Of a stretch of DNA of 12,126 nt, positions 1-7,381 are shown in pieces. Position numbers and translations under genes: made by a program. A model generated the notes under the pieces. It did no database searches, was not told where the DNA came from, and saw only the letters and a program-made list of their open reading frames with translations. Origin of the DNA: Myxococcota bacterium (GTDB taxonomy: Bacteria; Myxococcota_A; UBA9160; UBA4427); assembly GCA_036336835.1 (NCBI GenBank), contig JAYZFK010000020.1, forward strand, positions 1 through 12,126. The letters are read 5' to 3'. Each line of letters starts with the position of its first letter. Positions within the stretch are counted from its first letter, which is position 1.

Positions 1-2
1 TC

Positions 3-371
3 GCAACGTTGCTCGAAGAAATCGGCGCGACGTCCGACAGCGACGCGCGACCTCTCCAGCGCGCGCCCAGTCGTAACGCGGTGTTTGCAAACCACGCAAA
101 CGACCAGGGCCACATGGTGCGGACCGGGCGCCACCTGTTCATCTTCGAGCGCGCGACCAGCCGGCTGCCGCGTCGGTCGAAGTTCTTCGACCTCGAGAGC
201 GACCCCGGCGCTTTGCGCGATCTCACCGCCGCCAACCACCCTCTCGAAGCCGAGCTCGCCAATCGGCTCGGCTCCTGGCAAGCGACACTGCGCAGTAACG
301 CTCGCGCCGAGCCGGTCGCGATCGGCTCCGCCGAACGCGACCGCCTGCGCGCACTCGGCTACGGCGAGTAG
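3..371 (+). CDS. Sulfatase / alkaline-phosphatase-superfamily hydrolase, C-terminal fragment (5' truncated)
   Basis: Frame is open from the window edge (ATLLEEIG, resembling the sulfatase PTLLELAG segment). It contains FFDLESDPGA..DL (cf. LYDLxxDPxExxNL) and ends ERDRLRALGYGE, the LRALGY tail typical of this group. The catalytic N-terminus is not visible. Confidence 0.75.
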   Translation, partial: ATLLEEIGATSDSDARPLQRAPSRNAVFANHANDQGHMVRTGRHLFIFERATSRLPRRSKFFDLESDPGALRDLTAANHPLEAELANRLGSWQATLRSNARAEPVAIGSAERDRLRALGYGE

Positions 372-377
372 CGGGCG

Positions 378-1574
378 CTAGGCCGCGCCGCTGGGCCGCA
401 ACTCGATCAGGGATTCCGCGTTGTCGCGCATGATCGCGCGTACCTCCGACTGCGAGAACCCCTCGAGCTCGTGCACGTAGTCGGTCGGCTCCGCCAGACC
501 CTCCGCGTGCGGGAAGTCCGAGCCCATGATCATGCGGTCGGCACCGATCAGGTCGCGCAGTTCCGGCACATCGTCCTCGTGGAAAGGAGAGATCCAGATG
601 TGGCGCCGAAAGGTGTCGCGCGGATCGCCGTCGAACGAGCCGGGGGACTGCCCGAAGGTGCGCTTCAGACTCTGGAACAGCCACGGCACCCAGTTGCTGC
701 CCATTTCAATGCTCGCAATTCGCAGGTTCGGAAAGCGAGTGAACAGCTTGTGAGAGATCAGTGCCGCCATCAGATCGAACGGTGCGCGCGTCCCCGCAAC
801 GATGCCGCCGAGCGGGGAGCTCTTGAACGACTCGACGCTCTGCGTGTTCTCACCCCAGTCGTTCAGGTACTTCGAGTAGCCCGAGTCGCCGCCGTGGTAG
901 ACGACGCTGATGCCGGCCTCGTTCACCCGCGCCCAGAACGGGTCGTAATAGCCATCGGCGGGAGAGCGGTAGCCCGACTCGCTGTGAATCGGGGCAGGCC
1001 TCATGACGATTGCGCGAGCGCCCACCTTCAGCACTCGTTCGAGCTCGGCGATTCCCCGGTCGCGGTCCTGTAGTGTGATGTACGGGCTCGCAAAGATGCG
1101 CTCCTGATAGGCGTATCCCCAGTCGTCCTCGAGCCAACGGTTGAACGCCTCGAAGGCAGCGTGCACCGCGGGCGTATCGTGGGTGAGCGCCTCCTCCATG
1201 CCTACGCCGAGCGTCGGGAAGTAGAGGGCCTTTGCCACGCCCTGCGCGTCCATCCGCTTCAAGCGAGCGTCGCGGTCGCGATACTCGAGGCGGATCGGCT
1301 CCAGCTCGCCGAACACCTCCTTGATGCTCTTTCCGCCGGGGTTGTTGCCGCGATAGTACTGATCGAGACAGCCCGGCCGGGCGACGGGGTCGAAAGTCGG
1401 ATTCGGGATGAACCGGTTGACCTTGCCGGCAACCAGCAGGCTCTTGCGTCCGTTGACCTCGGCCCACTGCATGCAGCGACGCTTCATCTTCGGATCGATG
1501 TGCCGGATGAAGGCGTCCTCCGCCTCGTAGTAGTGGTTGTCGCCGTCGAAGATCTGAAAGTCGAGATCGGGCAT
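378..1574 (-). CDS. Amidohydrolase family protein (Amidohydro_2 type TIM-barrel metalloenzyme)
   Basis: 398 aa. N-terminal FDGDNHYYE metal motif, YFPTLG, AFNRWL, YDPFWARVNEAG..VVYHGG, IEMG, and C-terminal MGSDFPHAEG. AAAGGA Shine-Dalgarno 7 nt upstream of the ATG. Confidence 0.9.
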   Translation of the reverse strand: MPDLDFQIFDGDNHYYEAEDAFIRHIDPKMKRRCMQWAEVNGRKSLLVAGKVNRFIPNPTFDPVARPGCLDQYYRGNNPGGKSIKEVFGELEPIRLEYRDRDARLKRMDAQGVAKALYFPTLGVGMEEALTHDTPAVHAAFEAFNRWLEDDWGYAYQERIFASPYITLQDRDRGIAELERVLKVGARAIVMRPAPIHSESGYRSPADGYYDPFWARVNEAGISVVYHGGDSGYSKYLNDWGENTQSVESFKSSPLGGIVAGTRAPFDLMAALISHKLFTRFPNLRIASIEMGSNWVPWLFQSLKRTFGQSPGSFDGDPRDTFRRHIWISPFHEDDVPELRDLIGADRMIMGSDFPHAEGLAEPTDYVHELEGFSQSEVRAIMRDNAESLIELRPSGAA

Positions 1575-1607
1575 CGCAGCGTCCTTTGGCGAACTGGTTC
1601 AATTCTC

Positions 1608-1636
1608 AGCATACTCGGCCGCTCGCCTTCCGGGAA
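1608..1636 (-). promoter_or_regulatory. Putative sigma70-type promoter for the amidohydrolase
   Basis: Minus strand reads TTCCCG (1636-1631), 17 nt, TATGCT (1613-1608), about 33 nt upstream of the ATG. Confidence 0.45.
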
Positions 1637-1677
1637 GCGAGCGCTCGTCTATCGCGAACGCTACTCATAGCGCCGCC

Positions 1678-2580
1678 ATGCCCGCCGACGAGCCCCTCGC
1701 ACAGCTGCTCGACCAACTCGGTCTCGAGACACTCGGCGGCGACCGCTTCCGCGGCGCCAGCCCGCCCAGACCCAACGGCCGGATCTTCGGCGGCCTCGTG
1801 CTCGCACAGGGCATGCGCGCCGCGTTCAGCACCGTCGAGGATCGCATGGCCCATTCGCTCCACGCATACTTCCTGCGACCGGGCGATCCGCAACAGCCGA
1901 TCGACTATGCGATCGACCGCATCCGAGACGGTCGCAGCTTCACCACCCGCCGAATCGTCGCGAACCAGGGCGACCGGCCCATCCTGAACATGGCGATCTC
2001 GTTCATGGTCGAGGAAGCCGGCTTCGAGCATCAGCTCGACATCGAGATCCCGACCACGATCGAAGGGGAACAGTACGAAGACGGGCTCCGACGGGGCCTG
2101 CGCGCGCGCGGGATAGAGCTACCGGGCGACGAGCCACCGCTCCAGCCGGTCGAGATCCGCTCGAGCGAGCCTCTTCGCATATTCGACGAGGAGCGCTACG
2201 AGCCGACCATGCACACCTGGCTGCGAACGCGCGGCACCCTGCCCGACGACCCGGCCCTGCACCAGTGCATCCTCGCCTATGCCTCGGACCTCTCGGTGAT
2301 GGTGCCGACGATCCACCCCCACGACGTCGGACTGGTCAGCCCGGGAGTCCACTCGGCGAGCCTCGACCACGCGATGTGGTTCCACCGCCCGCTGCGCATC
2401 GACGAATGGCACTACTGCCGCCACGAGAGCCCGGTCTCGGCCAATGCGCGCGGCTTCGGCATCGTGACCTTCTACACGCGCGCGGGCGTGCTCGTCGCCA
2501 GCTGCACCCAGGAAGGCCTGATCCGGCAAGACTCGAGGCACGCCAACGTGGCACCTTCGGACGAACGCAGGGCGAGCTAG
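1678..2580 (+). CDS. tesB: Acyl-CoA thioesterase II (double hot-dog fold)
   Basis: 300 aa with IFGGLVLAQ, HSLHAYFLRPGD, RIRDGRSFTTRR, LAYASD (catalytic Asp), ASLDHAMWFH and QEGLIR, all TesB signatures. Confidence 0.93.
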   Translation: MPADEPLAQLLDQLGLETLGGDRFRGASPPRPNGRIFGGLVLAQGMRAAFSTVEDRMAHSLHAYFLRPGDPQQPIDYAIDRIRDGRSFTTRRIVANQGDRPILNMAISFMVEEAGFEHQLDIEIPTTIEGEQYEDGLRRGLRARGIELPGDEPPLQPVEIRSSEPLRIFDEERYEPTMHTWLRTRGTLPDDPALHQCILAYASDLSVMVPTIHPHDVGLVSPGVHSASLDHAMWFHRPLRIDEWHYCRHESPVSANARGFGIVTFYTRAGVLVASCTQEGLIRQDSRHANVAPSDERRAS

Positions 2581-3740
2581 CGCGCGGCTTCCGGCTCGAG
2601 CCCGACGCGACGGTGGATCCAGTAGGCCGCCACGGCGAAGAACAGACAGAACTCGCCGTACGCCGCAAATGACAGGTCCAGCTGTCCACGGTCGATCGAC
2701 TTCAAAATGCTGCCCGCCACCACGGGGAAGCCGAGAACCAGCGCGCAGTGACCAAACGATGCCGCAAGGGTTCGATTCCACCTCGGGCGCGCGAGCACAC
2801 ACGCCAGCAAGAGATTGGCAAGTGGCACGACGACGCCCGCCCACGGCAGGATGCCGGCGTAGCGGCCGAGCTTGTTGCTCGTGTGCAACGGCGAGAATCC
2901 GGCCGGGTCGATCCAGTAGAACGGGAGCGTGATCAGCGTCGCCACCCCGACCGCAATGCCAACCAGTCCGAGTGCGCTGCGCCAGCTACCGCGCACCGCC
3001 AGCGCCACCGCCACGACCGGCAGGATCAACGCGAAATTTGCCCTCGACGCGAGCGTGACGCCGAGCACCGCTGCCGCCAGCGCGACGCGCCCACTCGAGC
3101 CGGCGTCGATCTCCCGTGTGCGAATCAGCCAGCCCATCGCGAGCAGCACGTAGATCGAATTGGCGACGTAGTCGACACCGGTCACGACCCCGTGCAGCAC
3201 GCTCGGCGATAAGAAGAGCAGCGCCCAGAGCAGCAACAACGCCGAGCGCGCGCTGCGCAGCTCCCGGCTCGCGGCAGCGAACAGTGCGCCGAGCCAGGCC
3301 AGATTCTGAAGCGCGGCGCCGCCGATCAACACGAATGGAACCCCCAGCAGCAACGCGCCGGGGAGCGGGCTGATCGGATTGCCCAGATAAGTAGTCGGCG
3401 AGTACGGGTAGCGGCCACGCAACAGCTCGCGCACCGCGAGATCCATGGCATCGTCGGAGTCGCTGCCCCCCGTCGGCCGCAGCCCGTCGGCGATCGGGTA
3501 GCCGATCGCGAACACGACGCCGAGCGCAACGACGGTGAGCGCCACCGCCCAGCCCAGCTGTCGGCGCGAAGCCGCCCGCAGCCGCGGCTCGACGAGCCGC
3601 TGGCCCAGCCACAGGGCGAGGGCCACGGCCGGAATCAGTGCCGGCACCGCGACGACGCCGACGGTCTCCTGGACCAGATGCGCCGACGGTAGGGCCAGCG
3701 CGAATACGAGCCCCCACTCGGGCCAGCCGCGGTTCGACAC
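2577..3740 (-). CDS. Polytopic membrane protein, probable GT-C fold glycosyltransferase (GT87/DUF2029-like)
   Basis: 387 aa with many hydrophobic helices. The loop after the third hydrophobic segment carries SDSDD followed by GRYPY..YLGNPISPLPGALLL, like lipid-linked-sugar transferases. GTG start lies 4 nt after the upstream SDR stop, with GGAG upstream. Confidence 0.6.
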   Translation of the reverse strand: MSNRGWPEWGLVFALALPSAHLVQETVGVVAVPALIPAVALALWLGQRLVEPRLRAASRRQLGWAVALTVVALGVVFAIGYPIADGLRPTGGSDSDDAMDLAVRELLRGRYPYSPTTYLGNPISPLPGALLLGVPFVLIGGAALQNLAWLGALFAAASRELRSARSALLLLWALLFLSPSVLHGVVTGVDYVANSIYVLLAMGWLIRTREIDAGSSGRVALAAAVLGVTLASRANFALILPVVAVALAVRGSWRSALGLVGIAVGVATLITLPFYWIDPAGFSPLHTSNKLGRYAGILPWAGVVVPLANLLLACVLARPRWNRTLAASFGHCALVLGFPVVAGSILKSIDRGQLDLSFAAYGEFCLFFAVAAYWIHRRVGLEPEAAR

Positions 3741-3744
3741 CGCC

Positions 3745-4554
3745 CTACTCCATGTACATGCCGCCGTTGGGCGCGAATACCTGGCCAGTGGTGTAGCCGA
3801 AGAGCAGCGGGTCGGCGATCGCAGCGACCGTGCGCGCCATCTCGATCGGCTCCGCGAGCCGCCCGACCAGCGTCGCGCGCTTCATGGCTTCGATCCCGGC
3901 CTCGGGCACCTTCGCCAGCATCGGTGTATTCACGGGGCCCGGCGCGATCGCGTTGACACGCACGCGATAGCCCGCGAACTCGCGCGCTGCGGTCCGAGTC
4001 GACGCCTCGATCGCGCCCTTTGCTGCCGTGTAGTCGATCTGTCCCACGTTGCCGTTGCGCGCGCTGACCGACGAGAAGTTCACGATGAAGCGGTTCACAC
4101 CGTCGTCGAGGGGCGAGTTGTCGTTCGCCTTGAACAGCGGATGCCAGTGCTGCACCGCGCACTCCCGCATGAACAGGAACGTCCCGTGCAGATGAACCGA
4201 CAGTACCTGCTTGTACTCCTCGAACGATTTCTTCGTGATGCGCGCGTCCTTGGTAATGCCCGCAACGTTCACCAGCCCATTGATGCAGCCGCTAGCTTCG
4301 AGCGCCGCGCCGACCGCGCGCTGCACGTCGGCCTCCTCCGCAACGTTGGCCGGCGCACCAACCGGCGCAACCAATGCGTCCTTTGCGATCTCGGCACACG
4401 CCTCATCGACACGGCCCGGGTCGAGATCCACCAGCACGACGCAGGCGCCGTGCAGCGCCAATGTCGCCGCCACCTGGTTGCCGATGCCCTGAGCGGCTCC
4501 GGTAACGATATGCGTCTCGCCCTCGAACGCACCCTCGCGCAACACCCTCTCCAT
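3745..4554 (-). CDS. Classical short-chain dehydrogenase/reductase, FabG/3-oxoacyl reductase-like
   Basis: 269 aa with TGAAQGIG, NVAGITKD, NFSS, GNVGQIDYTAAK (YxxxK) and RVNAIAPG. AGGAGG Shine-Dalgarno at 4564-4559. Confidence 0.9.
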   Translation of the reverse strand: MERVLREGAFEGETHIVTGAAQGIGNQVAATLALHGACVVLVDLDPGRVDEACAEIAKDALVAPVGAPANVAEEADVQRAVGAALEASGCINGLVNVAGITKDARITKKSFEEYKQVLSVHLHGTFLFMRECAVQHWHPLFKANDNSPLDDGVNRFIVNFSSVSARNGNVGQIDYTAAKGAIEASTRTAAREFAGYRVRVNAIAPGPVNTPMLAKVPEAGIEAMKRATLVGRLAEPIEMARTVAAIADPLLFGYTTGQVFAPNGGMYME

Positions 4555-4581
4555 GGTCCCTCCTGGCTCACGGGGATCCGC

Positions 4582-4590
4582 ATGCTAGCA
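4582..4590 (-). promoter_or_regulatory. Putative extended -10 element for the SDR / membrane-protein unit
   Basis: Minus strand TGcTAGCAT (TGn-TAnnnT), about 27 nt upstream of the SDR ATG. Confidence 0.4.
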
Positions 4591-4639
4591 GCCCCATACG
4601 AGCTCATTCGCTGCGAGACACGCGCCTTCTACCGGCGCG

Positions 4640-4648
4640 TGGTACAAC
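4640..4648 (+). promoter_or_regulatory. Putative extended -10 element for the EthD-SnoaL unit
   Basis: TGgTACAAC about 31 nt upstream of the proposed TTG start. It lacks the final T of the consensus. Confidence 0.3.
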
Positions 4649-4679
4649 CGTGCGACACGATCGACCCGGGGAGGAATGC

Positions 4680-5393
4680 TTGCTCACTCTGCGACTCCTG
4701 CTGGCAGCTCGCGACGGCTGCGACGAAGCCCTGGCGGAGCGACTGGCTGAAGAAACGCGTCGCGCCTGTGAGTTGCTGGGCGCCGGCTCGCGCGCGATCG
4801 GCTTGATGCGTCTCGCGCCCGACCCGTTCGAGAGCCAGTACCCGTCGCCACGCGCATTCGAAGGCGTCCTGGCAATCGATCTCCCAGAAGCCAGCGACGA
4901 CGGTGACGATTGCGCCAACCGCCTGATCGACGTCGCGCGCGACACCGATCAGCGACTCGCCGCGCTCGTCCAGCCGGACCTGTCGGGTGCGCTGGTCGCT
5001 CGTCGGCGCCGCATCACCGGCGGTGAGGGGCCCGTGCGCTTCGTCTACCTGATGCGCCACAAGGCGGGGCTCACCACCGAGAGCTTCCAGCAACACTGGG
5101 GTGGGCCGCACGCCGAATTCGGACGTCAGACCAAGGGCATCAACGGCTACGACCAGCTCCACGTCGACCCTGCGAGGGCCTGCGGCGCGGCCCGCGCCGC
5201 GGGCTTCGGAATTCATCGGATCGACGGTGTACCCGAGCTGCACATGGAATCCGTACAAGACTTCGTCAGTGCGGCTGTCGGCTCCGAGACGGGCAATGCC
5301 GCGATCGAGGACGAGAAGAGCTTCGTCGACACGCGCAATTCGGTCGGGTTCGTGTGCCGCGAGGTCGTTCGTCACGAAGGAGGCCGTCGATGA
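4680..5393 (+). CDS. EthD-domain (dimeric alpha+beta barrel) protein with an extra N-terminal domain
   Basis: The C-terminal half, FVYLMRHKAGLTTESFQQHWGGPHA..GINGYDQLH..IDGVPELHMES..EDEKSFVD, is a typical EthD domain. Start placed at TTG 4680 because GGAGG lies at 4670-4674. The ORF track start is GTG 4650. Confidence 0.8.
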   Translation: MLTLRLLLAARDGCDEALAERLAEETRRACELLGAGSRAIGLMRLAPDPFESQYPSPRAFEGVLAIDLPEASDDGDDCANRLIDVARDTDQRLAALVQPDLSGALVARRRRITGGEGPVRFVYLMRHKAGLTTESFQQHWGGPHAEFGRQTKGINGYDQLHVDPARACGAARAAGFGIHRIDGVPELHMESVQDFVSAAVGSETGNAAIEDEKSFVDTRNSVGFVCREVVRHEGGRR

Positions 5394-5947
5394 GCCCGCC
5401 GCCCGCGGACGTCGCGGCTCTCGAGCGCCGCATCGAGCAGCTGGAAGCGCGCCTCGACGCCGCCGAGAGCGTGCAACGGATCCACCTGCTGAAAGCGCAC
5501 TACGGAGAAGTGACCGATCGCCGCTATACCCGAGACGGCCCGGTGCCGCGCGAGCAGCTCGAGCCGATCGCGCGCGAGGTCGCCAGCCTGTTCACGGAGG
5601 AAGGCATCTGGGACGGCGGTTCGCAGCTCGGCCGCTGCGTCGGGCGCGAAGCCATCTACCAACGCTTCCTCGAACCGACGCTCCACTTCGCCAAGCACTT
5701 CTTCGTCAAGCCGCAGATCCAGGTCGAGGGTGAGGTCGCCCGCGGAACCTGGGATCTGCTGGCGCCGTGCACGGCGACGGACGGTCGCCCCTACTGGATG
5801 GCCGGCGTCGAGCACGATCGCTACCAGCGCGTCGCGGGCAGCTGGCTCCACTCGTACATGAAGCTCGATCTCGTGTTCATGGCACCCTACCAGCGCGGCT
5901 GGTCGCGCAGCGCGTCGCTGGATGCGACTCAGGGCCGCCAGAAGTGA
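5390..5947 (+). CDS. SnoaL-like / NTF2-family protein (BaiE/LinA/scytalone-dehydratase-like)
   Basis: 185 aa from ATG 5390, with an ATGA overlap with the EthD stop and GGAGG at 5379-5383. Motifs: LEARL..IHLLKAHYGEVTD, LFTEEGIWD, GREAI, HFFVKPQIQVEGEVARGTW, DRYQRVAGSW. Confidence 0.85.
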   Translation: MSPPPADVAALERRIEQLEARLDAAESVQRIHLLKAHYGEVTDRRYTRDGPVPREQLEPIAREVASLFTEEGIWDGGSQLGRCVGREAIYQRFLEPTLHFAKHFFVKPQIQVEGEVARGTWDLLAPCTATDGRPYWMAGVEHDRYQRVAGSWLHSYMKLDLVFMAPYQRGWSRSASLDATQGRQK

Positions 5948-7371
5948 GGCTGGAATAGCGCCAGCAGCGCGAAGAACTCGAGCCGGCCGAGCCACATCAG
6001 CAGGATCATCAAGGCCTTCTGCCAGGCCTCGAAGAATGCGAAGCTCTCGCTCGGCCCGACCCCTGCCAGGCCCGGCCCCACGTTCGAGAGCGTCGCGATC
6101 GCGGCAGTGGCTGCTGTGGTCAGCCCCGTGTCGCCCACCGCGAGCAGGGCCGTTCCGGCTCCCCAGGCGACCATCCACAGCAGCAACAGCGCGAGCACTC
6201 CGCGCACCGAGTCCTCGGGAACGGACTCGCCGCCCACGACGACGGTAATCACCGAGCGGGGGCTGAAGGTGAGCCGAACCTCGCGCAGCGCAGCGCGCCA
6301 GCCGACGATCAGGCGGATGATCTTCGCGCCCCCCGCGGTCGAGCCGGCGCACCCCCCGATGATCATCAGCAGGACCAATACCGTGCGCGAGAACTCCGGC
6401 CAGTGATCGAAATCTGCAGTGACAAAACCCGTCGTGGAGAGGAGCGACACGACCTGAAAGACCGAATCAAAGGCGATCCGCCCCACCGGACCGACGTCGT
6501 TGCCGAGCAGGTCGACCCCAACCACCAGCGCCACTGCGACGACGATCGCGAGATAGAGCCGCAGCTCGATGTCGCGCAGCACCTGCAGGGTACGCTGGCG
6601 CAACACGCTGTAGTAGAGAGAGAAGTTGATCCCAGCCAGCAGCATGAAGATCAGGATCACAGCCTGGACGGGTGTCGTGAAATGCGAGACCGAATCCTGG
6701 TAGGGCGAGAAGCCACCGGTCGAGAGCGTCGAGAACGCGTGGGTCAGCGCGTCGTAGAAACTCAGGCCCAACGCGAGCAGCAGCCCGACCTGGATCAGCG
6801 TCAGCGCCGCATAGATCCGAGCCAGGAGCACCGCGGTCTCCCGCACGCGCGAGTGGAGAATCTCCGCCTTCGGCCCCGGTACCTCGAGCTTGAACAAGAA
6901 GCGGGCGCCGGGACCCAGCTCCGAGAGGAGGGCCACGAACAGCACGACGATTCCGATGCCACCCAGCCACTGCGTAAAGCTGCGCCAGAACAGCACGGCC
7001 GCCCCGGCCGCCTCGATATCGACCAGGATCGACGCGCCGGTGGTCGTGAAGCCCGAGGCGGATTCGAACAGCGCGTCGACAGGGCTCGAGACGACCCCGG
7101 ACGCGAGGTACGGGAGCGCACCCGTGATGGACGCCAGCACCCAGGCACCAACCACCAGCAGCACCCCCTCGCGCCGGTACAGCTCGCCGCTCGGGCTTCC
7201 GAGCACTCGAAACGCAACGCCCAGCAAGGCCGTCAGCGTCGCTCCGACCGCGAAGCCGCGGCTGGCCCAGCCCTCTCCCGGCACCAGGCACCAGACCAGC
7301 GGAACGAGCTGTGCTCCCGCCAGGATGAACAGCAGCAGGCCCAGGATGTGGAGCACGCGGCGCAGATTCAC
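5929..7371 (-). CDS. trkH: Trk system potassium uptake membrane protein TrkH
   Basis: 480 aa with four pore loops (ESASGFTTTGAS, STLSTGGFS, SLLSTTGF, ATLSNVGPG), the GGCAGSTAGGAK intramembrane loop, MWLGRLE and an FWR tail. Confidence 0.97.
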   Translation of the reverse strand: MNLRRVLHILGLLLFILAGAQLVPLVWCLVPGEGWASRGFAVGATLTALLGVAFRVLGSPSGELYRREGVLLVVGAWVLASITGALPYLASGVVSSPVDALFESASGFTTTGASILVDIEAAGAAVLFWRSFTQWLGGIGIVVLFVALLSELGPGARFLFKLEVPGPKAEILHSRVRETAVLLARIYAALTLIQVGLLLALGLSFYDALTHAFSTLSTGGFSPYQDSVSHFTTPVQAVILIFMLLAGINFSLYYSVLRQRTLQVLRDIELRLYLAIVVAVALVVGVDLLGNDVGPVGRIAFDSVFQVVSLLSTTGFVTADFDHWPEFSRTVLVLLMIIGGCAGSTAGGAKIIRLIVGWRAALREVRLTFSPRSVITVVVGGESVPEDSVRGVLALLLLWMVAWGAGTALLAVGDTGLTTAATAAIATLSNVGPGLAGVGPSESFAFFEAWQKALMILLMWLGRLEFFALLALFQPHFWRP

Positions 7372-7381
7372 GGCGCGCTGC

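Noticed and set aside
3535..4806. 423-aa plus-strand ORF
   Set aside because: Antisense to the SDR, Arg/Ala-rich with no motifs. Typical stop-poor shadow frame in high-GC DNA.
4629..5375. 248-aa minus-strand ORF mirroring the EthD gene
   Set aside because: Codon-mirrored antisense frame. The plus strand holds the EthD motifs, the SD and the coupling to SnoaL.
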